A stretch of DNA of 64,000 nt from Camelus ferus (taxonomy: Eukaryota): contig NC_045696.1 in the NCBI RefSeq assembly GCF_009834535.1, positions 7,008,001-7,072,000 on the forward strand, in the 5' to 3' direction. A model generated the notes under the pieces. The model worked only from the letters and a program-made list of their open reading frames with translations. It searched no databases and was not told the DNA's origin. The translations under genes were made by a program, and so were the position numbers. Positions 37,941 to 51,826 of the stretch are shown in pieces. Numbering within the stretch: the first letter of the stretch is position 1; each line of letters opens with the position of its first letter.

Positions 37941-40900
37941 TGAATGGTGTCAAAGAAACTCTACAACACTGTGTTACCTCTGATGTATGGTACCTTCTCT
38001 CAAAGAGATCTGTCTGTGTTGAAGGTGGTGAACACGCAGAGGGGATGCTCAGAGGCCCGTGGGTCCACCCCGTGGGCCTTCTCCCAAGCCCGGGTATTTC
38101 TACCACAGGGAAGCAGACGAGACGTGGAGTCCTGTGCGTGTGTGTTTGCTGCTTAGGTGACATGAGGCACCACCATCTAAGAGTCTATGTTTTGTCCTCA
38201 TGGGAACAGTACACGCTGTGGACATAGTAAGGGGTAGAAGGGGCAGGATGGCTAAAGGGAAGTTGGTACCCGTGTGCCAGCCCACCCTGCAACACATCTG
38301 GATTCAGAACCTCCCACCTGGCCCAGAACACCTGCCCCGAGCACTCCCCACCAGGGCGGTGCGCCGAAGACCCAGAGCAGCACCCAATTACAAGCTGTCC
38401 ACAGTTCTGAGGTTTCTTATCGCCCCTTTGTCTCGGGCCTCGGGAGATCCTCGCACTCTGGGGCATTGATGCTGGTGAAATGTGGCCATTCTCGGTCAAG
38501 GGCAATGAGACCAATGAAGAGACTGCAGGTGTGTGTCAGGCAGATGCGTCCGGGAAATGCTACCTGGACGGCGAGGCTCTGCAGGTGACGCTGTGCGGAG
38601 CGGCCTCACCACAGCGTCCCCGCGGCCATCTCACTTCCCTCCCCGCTTCCTCTTCCTGCCTCCAGGGCTTCCCTTTCCTTCCAGCTTCGTCCTGTACTGG
38701 CACTGACATTTTTATCAGGTACCAGGCGTTTTAAGTGTTTCAGAGGGGAACAGTTTTCTGGTTGTCTATGCTGCCATACCATCAGAAACGAAAATGCTTG
38801 TGTAATTTTACAAAAGGTTTTGAGTCCTCACCTGTAGGGAAGGCGGGGAGAAGCCAGAAATGTACAAGATTGAATCCTGAAGTCGAAAACTTGGGCAAGT
38901 GTCAGTCAGCCTGTCCCTGATAGTCCCCGGCGGTCGAGGGTGATCGTGGTCCAGGCACTTAGTTGAGGCTGGAGACCACTGGCTCCTCTGAGCCCCATGG
39001 CAGTGCGGAAGCTGAGGCTGGAGCTGGCGCCTACCCTGGGGGTCCTGGGGGGTGGTTAGCCCAGGGTTCCCTGCCCTCGGATGGTCTGCTCCTACCATCC
39101 AGCCTCTGCGCTTTCCCTCTTTTGTTCCTGCCTCTTTCTCTTTCTCATGCTTCCCTTTTCCATCCTCATCGTCTCAGCTACATCTCAGACCTACCTGGGT
39201 ACTTATAGCATCTCTAGGCATTGGGGGTCACAAAAGATCTGCCCCATATGTGAGGGGGTGGACACTTCCCCCCACCCCCACTTAGAACAAGGGCTTCGCT
39301 TCCAGTAAGGGCAACCCGAAAGCTGGGGCTCACTCCTCGAGGGTTACTCACACCTTTTGGGTTCACTTCTACGACTCATCTGGTGTCTAGTTCACGGTCA
39401 GGAATGCAGCTTCCCAGTTAACACATTTCTCTTGTGGAACAGTGTGATCTGATTCAACCATGCTGCAGCTTCCAGGAGTGTCTGGAAAAAAACAAAACCC
39501 AGGGACTGCCTGTAACTCATCCTCTGAGCTCCACCCGCAGTTCCAAAAGCCTCTGAGAACTAAGTTCTAACCGACAAGCCCTTACAAAGCGGAGAAGCAC
39601 TGGAGGCCAGGAAACTTGATTAAAATGCATCTCGTTTGAGAAAAGAGTTAAGAGTATTCCCAGCTCAGTCTCTCCAGCTAATGTAAACACGGAAAACAAA
39701 TTACTCACTTGAGGAGCAAGGACAAGGAGTTTTATGTTTTGAAGTGCGGGAGCCAACATTTCCAGACAGATACTTAATGTTTTGGGGGAGGCAGAATGGA
39801 GAGGAGATTGGCCTGGGAGTTGGAGGGTCTGAACAAGCCCCCAGGCTCTGCCATTAGCTGGCTGGATGGCCCGGGGCAGGCTGTCACTGCCTCTGTTTCC
39901 CCACCTGTAGCAGGAGGCACAGGAATGGCCTCTGAGCCTTCCATTCCTGATGAGGCAGGATTCTGTGCCGCAGAGAATTCTCTTGGCCTCAGCTTCTCTT
40001 CCCCTCCCACCAGTCCTGCTTCTGGTGTTCGCATTGTCTGGGGTGCCCCTGGGAATGAGCGCAGTATTGGGGTACATCTTCTCTTTCCACTCCTTCTGTA
40101 GACAAGCCCTTTCTGCAGGGCTTCTTAAACCATCAGAAAGTTGCACACAAGCATCACTTCCGCCGGCCTGAGGCAGCACTCTAGCGAATGAAAAACTCTT
40201 CTCAAACGTTCTGCACTGCAGGGATTTTAGGACCAGTTTTATGCGGCAGAAACATGATAGAGACACTCGTGCACGTGCGAAGGCATTTCCAAGAGATCTC
40301 GGTTTTCTCATCCAAACTAAATTACAATGTCATGCTTGTCTTCAGGGTCCAAACGCTTCTGTCTCTCCCTTTAATTCACTGTGTGTTCCTGCCATGTGCT
40401 TGCGATGCTCTGATCTCGCTTTATTTTCCACTTAATCTCTAAAATGAACGTCCCTGTTACACCATGGCTGGTATGAAATCAGTTAATTGGGCCCTTACTG
40501 CAGACAGCCACGTCCCCTGCCCCCACCATGTTCAGAGCAATTCTGTGCCACGTGTAATAAAGTAATCTGTAAATAATTACAGAACAGAAATATTTACCGT
40601 AAATATTAAGAGAGAACACTCGAGAGAGACAAATGAGTCTCAGAGCTCAAGTCCAGTCCGGCCTGGTGTGATGAACTTGGGTGGCCAACAGATCTGAGTT
40701 CGAATCCCCACTCACCACTTCACCCGCTTGCAAGGCAATCTTGGGAGAGATGTGGTCATAAAACATGGGTCTGAAGCTTGCTGTTTCCCCAGCAAAGGCA
40801 CTTCACGTTGCAGGGACTCCTTCAAATCAGGTGGGTCAGTTTTGAGAAATCATCACTCTATTTAACTGTCTTTTCATGATGACCTCGTTTAACTATCTTT

Positions 40901-42855
40901 CCACCAGAAATGAGACGGCAAAACTACAGGAGTCTGATTTTCACCAGGTCCAGAAAGTTAGGGGAGCCCCTCTGGTTCATTATGGTCATCCTGCTGGACC
41001 CTTGCCCAGCAAACAGCGTCCCCTGAAAGGAAGGAGAAGAGGAGGAAGACAGAAGAGAGTCCTGTGTTCCCCATCGAGCTCAGGCAGGTTCTCCTGCTGC
41101 TGATGGAGAACTGGGGCTCTTCCTGGGGGTGCTGGGGCAGATCTTCAACCATCTCAGAACTACCCACCCCCGTGTCAGAAGTGCCTCCCTGGGGTCCCAG
41201 TGGCTGGGCCTCATCCCAGGCCCCTCTCTAAAGTTTATGGAGCCAGAGCAGGAACACAAGTGGAGCCCCCAGGAAACACGCCTCTTCTCTCCTGTCTCCA
41301 TCTCTCAACTCAGCCAGAGGGGCCGTGCAAGTTCACCCATCAGGTGTGTCCAAGCCCAGGGGCCCCACACAGTCAACTCTGCGACTCTAGCCAGCGCAGG
41401 CCTTGGAAGCCAGATCAGGGTCATTTGGGGAGGGCATTCCCAAGTCCCAGATGCCTGGGGGTTGGTGGGAGATGGGGGTGCGTGGAGCCCTAGGACTCCT
41501 CATCTCGGGGAGGAAGGCCAGCACAGCCACCAGCACAGGGGCACCCCATCCACTTCCTCAACCTCAGAAGCAGCCTCTCTCCATCCCCTGGACCTTCAGG
41601 TGGAGCAGAGCAGGGCCATCCTCCCCGTGCCCTGGACCTTCTCTCCGGGGCCAGAACACGAGCGCCAAGACACTCCCCAGGGCTGAAGGAGGAGCGAACA
41701 CCCCTCATTCTTTCCAGGGTCTTCCAGCACCTTCCCCAACAGGAAGGGCCTGGGGGCCAAGCGGTGTGGGAGCACCTCTGTCCTCACCCCAGCAGGATAG
41801 CACCCCAGCCAGAAACCAGGCCGAGGGTCTGCTCTCCAGGGCAAGGTCCAGGCAGGCAGGCTGGAGAGTGACAAAGATGAAAACTGCTCTTGGATCCGAG
41901 GCCCGCTCCCAGCTTCCGAGAGCTGCTCCTGGATCCCTCCCTGCAGCTCTGGGCAGCCTGGACGGGAAGATGGAGGTGGCACTGAACTGCCCATTTCAGA
42001 AGTGGAAGCACCAGGGGCCAGAGGTCAGCCCAGAAAGAGGGCCACCGAGTATCTTTCACACCACAAACCAACCTGGGTCTGCAGCTGCGCCCTCGGTAGG
42101 ACCCAGCAGAGAGAGGGGAGACAGTGGGGACATTGAGGCGGGGCCCTGAGCAATCATCAGGGGTCTAAAGCCAGCGAGCTCAAACCTGGCATGCATCTTC
42201 CAGGGAGGAGGTATTCAAGACTGGATGCAACACAGAAGGAGCCCTGAGCGGTCTGATGAAGGCGCTGGCCTCCGGGAGTAAACACCTGCCTGCAGCACTG
42301 GGCCAGGAGGAGGGGGTGGTGGGCAGCGGACGCCAGTCTCCAGGGCAGGAGTGCGCCTTTTGTGGGGCACAGCCACATCGCCCTGCACCCAGATGCGAGC
42401 TCCTGCGCGGCTGATGTGATGTGCACGCCCTGTGCCTGCCCAGTCCCCGCCGGCTGGGCCAGGGTGATGGCCAGCACCACCGGCTCTGTCTCTAAGCCCA
42501 CAGGGTCCCATGTGTCATGGGACTCGGAGAGAAATCGAGAGACAAGGGTGGTCGTGCGATACCAAGTCCATGCATTCCCGCTCTCCCCCTGGGGCTGGGC
42601 TGCACATGTCAGCAGCCAACTCCAGAAACAGGAGAGGAGATGGCAGGGACAGTAGCTCCCCCCAGTGGAGGGACAATGTTCTTCAGAACTGGCCCCAGCA
42701 TCGCACCTGTTGGCCTGGCCTCCTACCCGCCTCTGTCTCCTTTCTCTTCCATCTCAAGGCTGGGCTCTAGGTCACGGTCTCAGAGGAAGAAATGCTGTCC
42801 CTCACATGTGAGTCACTGCCACCAGGAATGCCCTGGTCATCAGGAAGAATCAAGG

Positions 42856-43375
42856 TGTTACTGCGTCCAAACTGGTCCTGCTCAGCCCACAACAGGCCAG
42901 TAAGTCAGGAGACGAGGTGTTGGGGCAAGGAATAACGACTTTATTCCACAAGCCAGCAGACCGAGAGGATGGCAGACTAAAGTCCTGAAGAATCATCTCT
43001 CTTAAGTCAGAATTCAGGCTCCTTTTATACTAGAAAGGGGACGGGCTGTGGTTGGTTGTTGCAAACTTCTTGGTGTCAGAATCCTTAGTTCTTGCAGCTG
43101 TCCATGTAGGTCAGGTCACAGTGTCCCTGTAAACCCCCAACAAGACAAATGCTATTCTCTGTTCTGCAACTTCTTATCTCTACACTAATGGGAAAGTGTT
43201 CTACCCTTAAGGGCCAGAGCCTTGAGGACGGGCTCTCCTGCAGATTTCAGGCTCTAGGCCACGTTCTGTCACAAAAGGTGCAGAACCAGCAGGACTCAGC
43301 ACAGGAGACCGAGCCCCGGGTTGGAGCCAAGGGAACAGACCTCATATGGAGTCAGGCTTGTTCCTCCCTATTACA
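42856..43375 (-). mobile_element. ERV1-type solo LTR, copy 1
   Basis: TG...CA ends, 520 bp, perfect 4-bp TSD AAGG; minus-strand TATAAAA (43023-43029) and AATAAA (42940-42945); highly similar to 57347-57865. Confidence 0.92.
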
Positions 43376-43849
43376 AAGGGAAGGCCTTGCATTAAGGCCA
43401 AGAATCAACTGAACAGTAAAGGGAGATCACTTCCTATCACTTCATAAAATGAGAGTTTTAACTTTGCAAAGAATTTTCCCGTCATTCCTCTTGTTCATCC
43501 TCCCCCACCATGTCCATCCTCTCTCATCGTCTACACTGCACGGCCTGCATAGAGATGTACATGAAATCCAGAATTAATTCTTCCTTGGAATAAAGAGTCT
43601 GTTGAAATTCTTGTAAAGAACATCCAGTGAGTTCATTCCGCTCCTTTGTAAATAACAGCAGCTTTGATTTGCACGTCACGTTCAGAGGTGTCATCTTGGA
43701 AAGCGGAACTACTTCAGAGAGTAACCTGGCTACCGCTGTGGAGGCTGTTGGTCTGGGAGCTCAGGGGCTCACCTCCAAGCCCTGGGTGTCAGTTAGCCTC
43801 CTCACTGTCAGTAACACGCGTAACGCACAACCACACGCTCATCCACGCT

Positions 43850-43971
43850 CAGACATACTTCCCTCACACTCACGCACACACTGTCTCCCACACACATTGT
43901 CACATGCACACTCACACACTCAATCCCTCTCTCTCTCACACACACACATACACACACACACACACACACAC
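43850..43971. repeat. Compound (CA)n/(CT)n microsatellite
   Basis: Degenerate CA array ending in a near-pure CA run. Confidence 0.9.
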
Positions 43972-44544
43972 GAGCTGGAGCACAAAGACAAGTGTCACAA
44001 GCCCAGGCGGGACAAGCTAAGATACAGTTGGACCCAAGAGCTCACACGATGTCGTGGGGGGACCTTGCCTGCCTCCGTCTCTCAGCTGCACTTCCTGGGT
44101 GTTGCCTCCGCGGGCCAGCCGCTCCCACACCTCCCAGGTTCAGGTTCAGTGGGGAAGGGCTAAGGCCCTCTCCCGCCGCTCCCGTGAGCTCTGAGAGCCA
44201 CCGCGGTAGGGTCTGTGCTGGAGTGGGTCGACTTCACACTTTGAGGACCGTCCTCCCTGGCATGGGGCCATCTTACCTGCGTTCTCCAGGAGTTGTTCTC
44301 ACCGAGGCTACGCGTCCCTAACTTTCTGTGGAAAGTACTTTGGTCTCTAAAGCGGGTTATATACTCTTACCCGAGGTAGCCTGTTAAAAATGAGAAATAT
44401 TACCTAGGAGGGTAAGAAGGGCAAGGTCGTTAAAGGAATACTTCTGCTCAGAGGACCAAATTAGAATGACACCAGAACTGGGGGCGGACTAGGGGAGAAA
44501 CTGTGAAAGAGGACAGCCTATCAAATACTGACTGAAGTCCCACC

Positions 44545-44991
44545 GTCCCAGGTGGATGCATATCCTGCCGTTACAGAGCCTCGCACACTGGGCGGCTTAA
44601 ACAACAGAAAGCTGGTCTCACCGTTCTGGTGCCAAAGTCCAAGATCAAGATGTTGGCAGAGCCATCTCCATCTAGGGGCTGTGAAGAAGGACCTGTTCCT
44701 GGCCTTTCTCCTAATTTCCGGTGGTTTCTGGCTGTCTTTGGCATCCCTTGGCTTATAGATGTATCACTCTGACCGCTGTCTTCTTTTTCACATGATGGTC
44801 TGTGTGTGTCCTAATTTCCCGCATTTTAAGGACACCGGTCCTGTTGGATTAGGGCCACCCAATGACCACATTTCAACTTGACTAATTGCATCTGCAGTGA
44901 CCCTGTTCCCAAACAAGGTCACATGCTAAGACACTGGGAGTTAGGGCTTCAATGTATGAATTTTAAGTGGATGCAAATCAACCCATAATAC
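44545..44991 (-). mobile_element. MaLR LTR (MLT1B/C-like)
   Basis: 'ggcggcttaaacaacagaaa...aagtccaagatcaagatgttggcagagcc...ccctgttcccaaacaaggtcacat...caacccataa'. Confidence 0.85.
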
Positions 44992-45099
44992 CATTCATCC
45001 TGGAATTAAAGACCAGTTGATAACAGTAGTTTCCCTAAAGCATTTACATGCATCTGCTTTATTTTTTTGCAGAAGCTTGCCTCCGCTATCAATCACTCA

Positions 45100-47530
45100 C
45101 CCTACTGCCCCCTTGAGTATTTTCATCCTTCCCTTCCTCTGTCGTAACACCCCCTGGGGACAATGTGTGCTTACAGACCCCAGCCTGCTGGGGCAGCCCA
45201 GCCAACACCCTCCCACCCTCACACCCTGTGGCCTCTGGCATCGATGGTGACGAGTTCACAGCTCCATCTCAACCACAGCCTCCACCCTGTCACCTCTCAA
45301 CCTTACCTCCAACCTTACCAACCCATTGATTTTACTCCAAACCGCTTATCATATCTTCCTTTCTCCAGCCTAAGGTCTTCACTTCTTTCTTTATCCAGCC
45401 TAAGTTCCATGGCCCACCATTTCAACAAAATTCTTGGCAGCCATTAAATTTTCCCTTTCACTCTTCCGTTTTCTTGCAATTAATGTTGCACCACCTGGAA
45501 AAATGTCAGCCTTGAAGGAAGCCAACCATCCACCTTCCCTGAGCTACCCTGGAGCAGCTGATCTCTGCTGGATGATCCCCCACACACAGTGGGCAAATGG
45601 GCATCATTATAAATTCATGGCACCCAACCTCAGAAGACCCTTCACCACCAGCCAGTAATACCACTGCATTTCTCTGGTCAACTTGCTCTCCCAAGCTCCT
45701 TGAGGAACACTTCAAACTTGCTCCATTCATATTCCCTCAGCAAATAATCGTATCCCTTACTTCATAAAAGAAATTGAAAACATCAGATGAGCATTCCTCG
45801 GTCTCCCCTAAACAAGCCTATGAACCTCCCTCTGTCTCAGTTTATCCTTTCCTTTCTTCTCATTGCAACAGAGAAGGTGCCCCTCCTCCTGTGATGTCAG
45901 TTCCTGCTCCTATGCTTTGGATCTCATCCCCTCTCTCCTTCTCTAAAACTTGGGGTGACCAACCATCCTAGTGCACCCAAGACTACTCTGGGTTTTGCAC
46001 TGAAAGTCCTGGCTTCCAGGATACCCTTCTGACCTGGGCGAACAAAGACAGCATTCACCCAAAAACTCTATTGATAACACCCTCTTTTTCCTGAATATTC
46101 AGCCTCTCCCTTGCCTGTGAATCCTTTGCCTTTGTGTCATAGTGCTCAAGTCCCTTTTATTAAAACCAAACAGAGCAAAACAAAACCTTCTCTGCTCCCG
46201 CTACACACAAATTAAGAGTGGTCTGTATTCTCCTCCTCTCTCATCTCTTTGCCACTCACACCTCCCGTCCGTGTCTGACCCCACTGCTCGGCGGACACAT
46301 CTCCTCAATGACCTCTAGTCTCTAAATCCAGTAAAAGCCAGTTCCAGTCTTCATTTTATTTGTCCTTCCAGCAGTTTTCAGTGTTGCCCACACTTTCCTT
46401 CTGGAACTGCTCTCTTTCCTGGGCTCCGATGGCATCTAACCTTCACTGGTTTTCTTCCCGTCTGTCCATCTCTTTGGCTCTTGTTCAAGCTCAAAATCCT
46501 GTAACTATCCGTGAAATGTCAGAGTTCCCCAAGTTTCAGTCAAAGCCTCTTCTCCCTCATCTTATTCTGTCTCCAATTCTCATTCCCACTCACAACTTCA
46601 GTTACCCTACACCAGTGACTCCTACGTTTCCCCTAACCCAGACATATCCTTGGAGTTCCAGGATGCTTTATCCAACAGCCTATGTGAAAGCTTTTCTTAG
46701 GGCTTGGGCTCCAAAGGCACCATAACTCAACATATCCAAACTCAACTCACAAACACTCCCTAAATCCGGGCCTCTCCTGGGATTCCACATGTCAGTGCAT
46801 CACCCCACTGTCCATCTAGCTGCTCAATCCAGAAACCTAGGAGACATCTGGTACCACCCCCATCTCTAATCCAGCTTCAAGTTTGGCCTATGTCAACTCC
46901 CATCCCTTGAGTCCATCCACTCTCTCCCTCTCTGTGGCCATTCCACTTGGCCTGCCACCATCCATCTCTTGTCCAGACCGTCTGGAAGGCTCTCCCTGTG
47001 CCCTCCAGCCCCCTGTCCAGACTGCAGCCCTTTCCAAAGCATAGATCAGGTCCTCTCTGGCGCCTCCTTAAAACTCTCCCAATGACCCCTATTGCTCTCA
47101 GAGGAAATGCTGGTTTATGGGCATGACCCGCAAGCCCACATGTGTGGCCCTGCTCCCCTCTGCAGCCTCGTCTCCCACCATAGCCACCCCACCACTCTCC
47201 CACCACAGGGTCTTTGCACACCCTGCCCAACAACTCCTTTCTCTCCCCACTTCCCTTCACTGGACAAGGATCATTCTAACACCAAGAAAGCCTCCTCTGC
47301 TTACCAACTTACCCCAAGTCCCCCACCCTTTTATATGTCCATATCCTTCTACACCTTCCTTGCATAAAACTCATTACAACTTATATACACCGATCAATGT
47401 TTGTGTCCAAACTTGTGCCCCACAAGTTTCAAGAAGGCAGGATTGTGCCTGGTTTTATTCATTAGTATGTCCTATAATTACCACAGTACCTGACTCACAT
47501 AATAGGCACTCAGACTTGCTGGATTACTGA
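45100..47530 (+). mobile_element. Long L2 fragment including 3' end
   Basis: L2 ORF2-derived C/T-rich motifs; 'ccagaaacctaggagacatc'; tail 'cacagtacctgactcacataataggcactcag'. Confidence 0.8.
45951..46062 (+). mobile_element. hAT-Blackjack MITE (MER81-like) inserted in L2
   Basis: 'gggtgaccaaccatcc...ggttttgcactgaaagtcc...tcaccc'; about 110 bp with TIRs. Confidence 0.8.
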
Positions 47531-48029
47531 ATGCTTTATATATATATATAGCACCTGATCTGGGCCAGCAGTGGGAGTGAGTTCCCAATAAATAAACAAA
47601 CAAACAACAAAAGATTTGTGCAGTGCCACTAGAATTAAGTGTCCCACTTTTGAGATGTTGTCTAGATATTATCAAATATTTATTGAGCCTACGATTTGCA
47701 AAAGATACAAAATCCTATTCAGGTTACCTGATTCAGGGGCGAGGGTGGGGGTACAGAGTGATATTTACTAAGCTCCAGAGACTTGCTGCCTAGCTGAGGA
47801 AATAAAACTCACATTCATTTTTTTTTATAATAGTAATAAATAAAACCCTTAAAAAATAGTCAGGTGAAAAACAACTGAATATGACAAGACCCGAGTGAGT
47901 GATACAGACAACAAATGACTCAGAATTCCTGCGGCTAACGCTAGCCTGGATGCTCAGAGAGCCCTCCTCGTGGCGTTAGATTGGACTCTGACAGGCAGAG
48001 CAGGAGAAAGAATATTCCAGAAGGGAGGA

Positions 48030-48210
48030 GGCTGCCTCCCTTTACTGCGAGCCTGTGATGGGTCAGGCACAACTCACTGCACACTTGTGTGGTGCACCTC
48101 ACAGCAACCTGGGAGGTGTTCTTACTCCTCTTGTACAGATAAGGAAACTGAGGCTCAGAGAGATGAAGTGACTTGCCCCAAGTCACACAGCAAGTGAGAG
48201 GCAGACAAGG
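48030..48210 (-). mobile_element. MIR
   Basis: 'tacagataaggaaactgaggctcagagagatgaagtgacttgccccaagtcacacagcaagt'. Confidence 0.9.
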
Positions 48211-51200
48211 GCAGCGTACTCCCAGCAACGGCTCTCAGCCGTCGCCTCCCTGCCCAGACCCACCTCGTGGGGGCAGATGGCTCAGAGAGGGCAGGAGGGA
48301 GCTGGCCCCAGACATTCCAAGCCGGCCTAGCATGGGGTCAGACAGCGTCCAAGCCGTGCCTCACTGCTCTGCTTTTCTAGAATGCAGACACGCCGGGCAG
48401 ATTGTTTTAAAAAGAGCTGGAATGAGAGTTCCTTGGTTATTTCCACAATTGAGGACATGCTTTTCTTTGTCAAATCCAAAAAGAGATAAATAGACAGACT
48501 CTCATCCTATGCCACCAATCTTAGCAATATTCTGTGTGCTTTACCTAGTCATCTGAGGATATTCAGTCCTTCTAAGAGTCCAGGACAGAGCTAGTCTCCA
48601 GGCACCTAGACAGAGAGAGATGGAAACCAATCTACTGGGTTTTCTCCCTGACCCAGCAAGCATCTCTTCCATTTCTTCCTATTAGAGTGACACTGTCACT
48701 TTGTGAAATACAGACTTCTTATCAGATTGCTGAGTCAGTGAGGTAGAGGGAGCTCCCAGGTCAGGTTGTTAATAAAAATCTTAAAATCATATTTGAAGGA
48801 CTGCCACGATGGAATAGTGCATGAACAGTTCAGAGTCAATTAAACATTTAACTAAAAAAAAATTGAAGGCTTTGCTATAAATATGTAACCAAGGAAAGAT
48901 ACTATAAAATGGTCAAGTGGAAAGTAACGCAATCACAAGTCTACTCTGCTCCTCATTAGAAAGCAGAGCTGGAAATGAGAGGGTGAGAGCAGAAAGGCAG
49001 AGCTGTCAAACTACGGAGACTCTCAGTAGGTTCAAACCATCCTGCCAAGAGTTGGGAACATCCCTGCAAAAGCAAATGCACCTAATGAGATGCTGCTGGA
49101 GGGTGTGGTGCACCCTGCGGGCAGGAGGGGTCCCCATAGCTTGAAGAGGATGGACCACCCTCTGTGCACCGCTGTTGGGATCCCGGCTTGGGGTGAGTAC
49201 CTTCCAGGCAGAAGGACCCCCCCAGTTGCATCTCCTATTGACTCCCCTCCCACACTCTCTGCCTGAATCCCATGGACCCAGGCGCAGACTCACCTCCACT
49301 CCAGACCTTGGAGGCCCATTGTTTGATTATCTGTCTCATCTTGTTCTTTCCCATTTTTCCATCCATCCATTGATTTATTGAGCACCTGCTATTTGCAAGG
49401 CACTGGGTAAACACTGTGTGAGGGAGAAAGCTTACTGTTGAATAGGGAAGGGGAAAGTGAGGCAGATACGCAGATAGCTAAGGTATCAACAGAAACTGAG
49501 CTGGGATGTGTGGGACCCCAGCTCAGTCCTCCGTGCTCTGGGCTTTGGCCTTGAACGGTACTAGTCACTAAGGGTTCTTTTCTTCTTGGCATTGTCTCCA
49601 CGCCCTTCCCAGGCTTAACACTTCCAGCTGACACCCTTCTGTGCAAGCATTTTAGTGTTTTTCAAAGTTGGCCTGCCACTATACATTTTCTGATTAATGC
49701 AGATCGTGTCATAATTTATTACTTTCACACACATTGGTTTACACTCCTTATCGGTATTTTCACAGCAAAGTAGTCCTTTGGAAGTGCTGTGAGTTATCAA
49801 GTGAAACACAGGGCCTCCAATGAACTGAGAAACATTCCCCCAGCCCCTCTCCACCAAAAAGACTATGAGGGACACAAAGCACCAAGGCCATCCGCGGGAA
49901 GCAGGGCTGTACCGCCCATGAAGCCCTTGGGAGGGGCACCTACCTAACGCACATAGAAGATGTTCACTGAATCAAGTTCATGCCATTCAGTCACCTTCTA
50001 TTCAGTGATGTGGAATAAACATATGAGAAGTAAATGTGGCTAAATCAGAACCCAGGCTGGTTCGTTTGGAAACAGCCCCTTCAGAAATGTCAGGAAGCGG
50101 CAGCCCACCGAAGGCGATCAGGAGTTCACGGCTGCATCTCTGCAGACAGACAGCCTCTGGCCATGGACCGCTGTCATCCCCACTGCCTCCCGCCACGAAG
50201 GCCCTAGTTTCCAACTGATATCATCATGGTTTTGTCGTGGAGGGCTTTTGCAACTTACAAAGAATTCCTCTCTACGTCTCCTTCAGTTTCCCACTCGATA
50301 CTCCTTACTAACTTCTATTGAAAAGTTACACACTTGTAATGAATTCCAAGTCTATGGAACCACACTGAACACTAAGTGGAAATCGGAGGCGTTGCCAGAA
50401 GAGAAAGGGCATCACGTCTTCCTCTTAGAAATCCAAGTACTAGGATTCCGTGGGTCCAGACTTCTCGGGCCTCTTCCCCCACAGCTCAAGGACATTTCTG
50501 TTGCAGAAATGAAACAGAAGTCAAAGGGAGGGAAAGGAGAAATGCAGTGATTTTAATATTTCCAGTTCTTTAAAATAATAACTTTAAAAATCCAAAGTAA
50601 TGAATCCAGTGTGATGTGACTGTAGAAATGAGACTCTGGGAAATAACGAGAAACAGGGAAGGAGGATGGTTTTCATCCTGTTGTCGGGCCGGGGAAGGCC
50701 CCATCACATCCGTGCTCCGGGAAGCAGCACAATATGGAGACCCTCTGCACTGAGAGCAGCCGTTGTAAACACGTGCCCACGGACAGGCTGGTTAGGAGAA
50801 AACGCTGAGAGAAGGAAGTTTGATTATCCAGAAAGGAAAATAAACTCTTCTGGTTTTCATCCCCCAGTCTAAATATTAGCCAGATGACGCTCCCCGAGGC
50901 CGTGGACCAGTTCTCCAAGTTGATGCTCACGATGTGGGCCCTTGCATTCCCCAGAGGAAAGGCTGGGCGGTGTCCCCCACTACTCCCCTGAGGACCATTG
51001 TAAGTGCTCGGCAAGCAAGTGGCAGCTCACGGAGGCTTGAGCAACGAACACCCACTACTTGCAAGACTACGGCCCCAAACTCTACAGACACAGCAGCCTG
51101 GCCTCACCATTCCAGCCTCCACCCTCGCAGGCAGAGCCTCCTCCCCCCTAAGTCCCTTCCCAGCCTTGAGCCCCAAGTCCCTGCTGCTTTGAGGAGCACT

Positions 51201-51534
51201 TTAATTCTTGTGAAAGGATTTGAGAAAGGCAGAGGGGGCGCTCCAAGCTGCCACCCCCACAAGTTCCTGACACCGCCCCGGGAACTGCACGCCTCTGTGC
51301 CTCTGTGGCCGCAGCCGCCCAGCTCCCTCCTGGCAGCCTCAGAACAGCACAGATAACACGCGTGACACCTGACACCCCGCGCTGGCTCAGACCACGTGTC
51401 CCAGGTGGAGGTTCAGGGAAACACAATCACTGTTAGCGATGCTGTTACTTCCTCGTGCTCCATCTTTGTAAACCAAGCCTCGGACCCGCCCTCTAGTTCC
51501 ACCAGATGCGCGCTGTTTTAAAATAGAGTGTATC

Positions 51535-51826
51535 CAAAAAAAGAAGGCAACTCGCAGATGTAGAGAACAAACTAGTGGTGACCAGTGGGGAGGCGGAAGG
51601 GGGAGGGGCAAGCTACAGGTAAGGGAGTCAGAGGTACGAACTGTTAGGTGTAAAAGAAGCTACAAGGATAGACTATACAACACAGGGAATAGAGCTGACG
51701 TTTTATAACAATTATAAGTGGAGTATAACCTTTAAACATTGTGAATCACTATACTGTGCACCTGAAACTTATGTAATAGCGTACCGCAACTATACTTCAG
51801 TTTAAAAAACGATAAACAAATAAATT
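51535..51826 (+). mobile_element. 5'-truncated L1 3' end with TSD
   Basis: 'agagaacaaactagtggtgaccagtgggg...cacagggaatagagc'; TSD aaatagagtgtatc (51521-51534) / aaatagaatgtgtc (51827-51840). Confidence 0.88.

Noticed and set aside
39517..40311. Longest ORF (264 aa, minus strand)
   Set aside because: No recognisable domain; it runs through a MIR-like segment (YRWGNRGS = acaggtggggaaacagaggc); composition fits a chance ORF
40690..40760. tRNA-like B box 'gagttcgaatccc'
   Set aside because: Context fits the tRNA-derived head of a MIR; no cloverleaf
41403..42149. 248-aa ORF and overlapping ORFs
   Set aside because: GC-rich, stop-poor DNA that is open in several frames on both strands; Pro/Gly/Ala/Ser-rich with no homology I recognise
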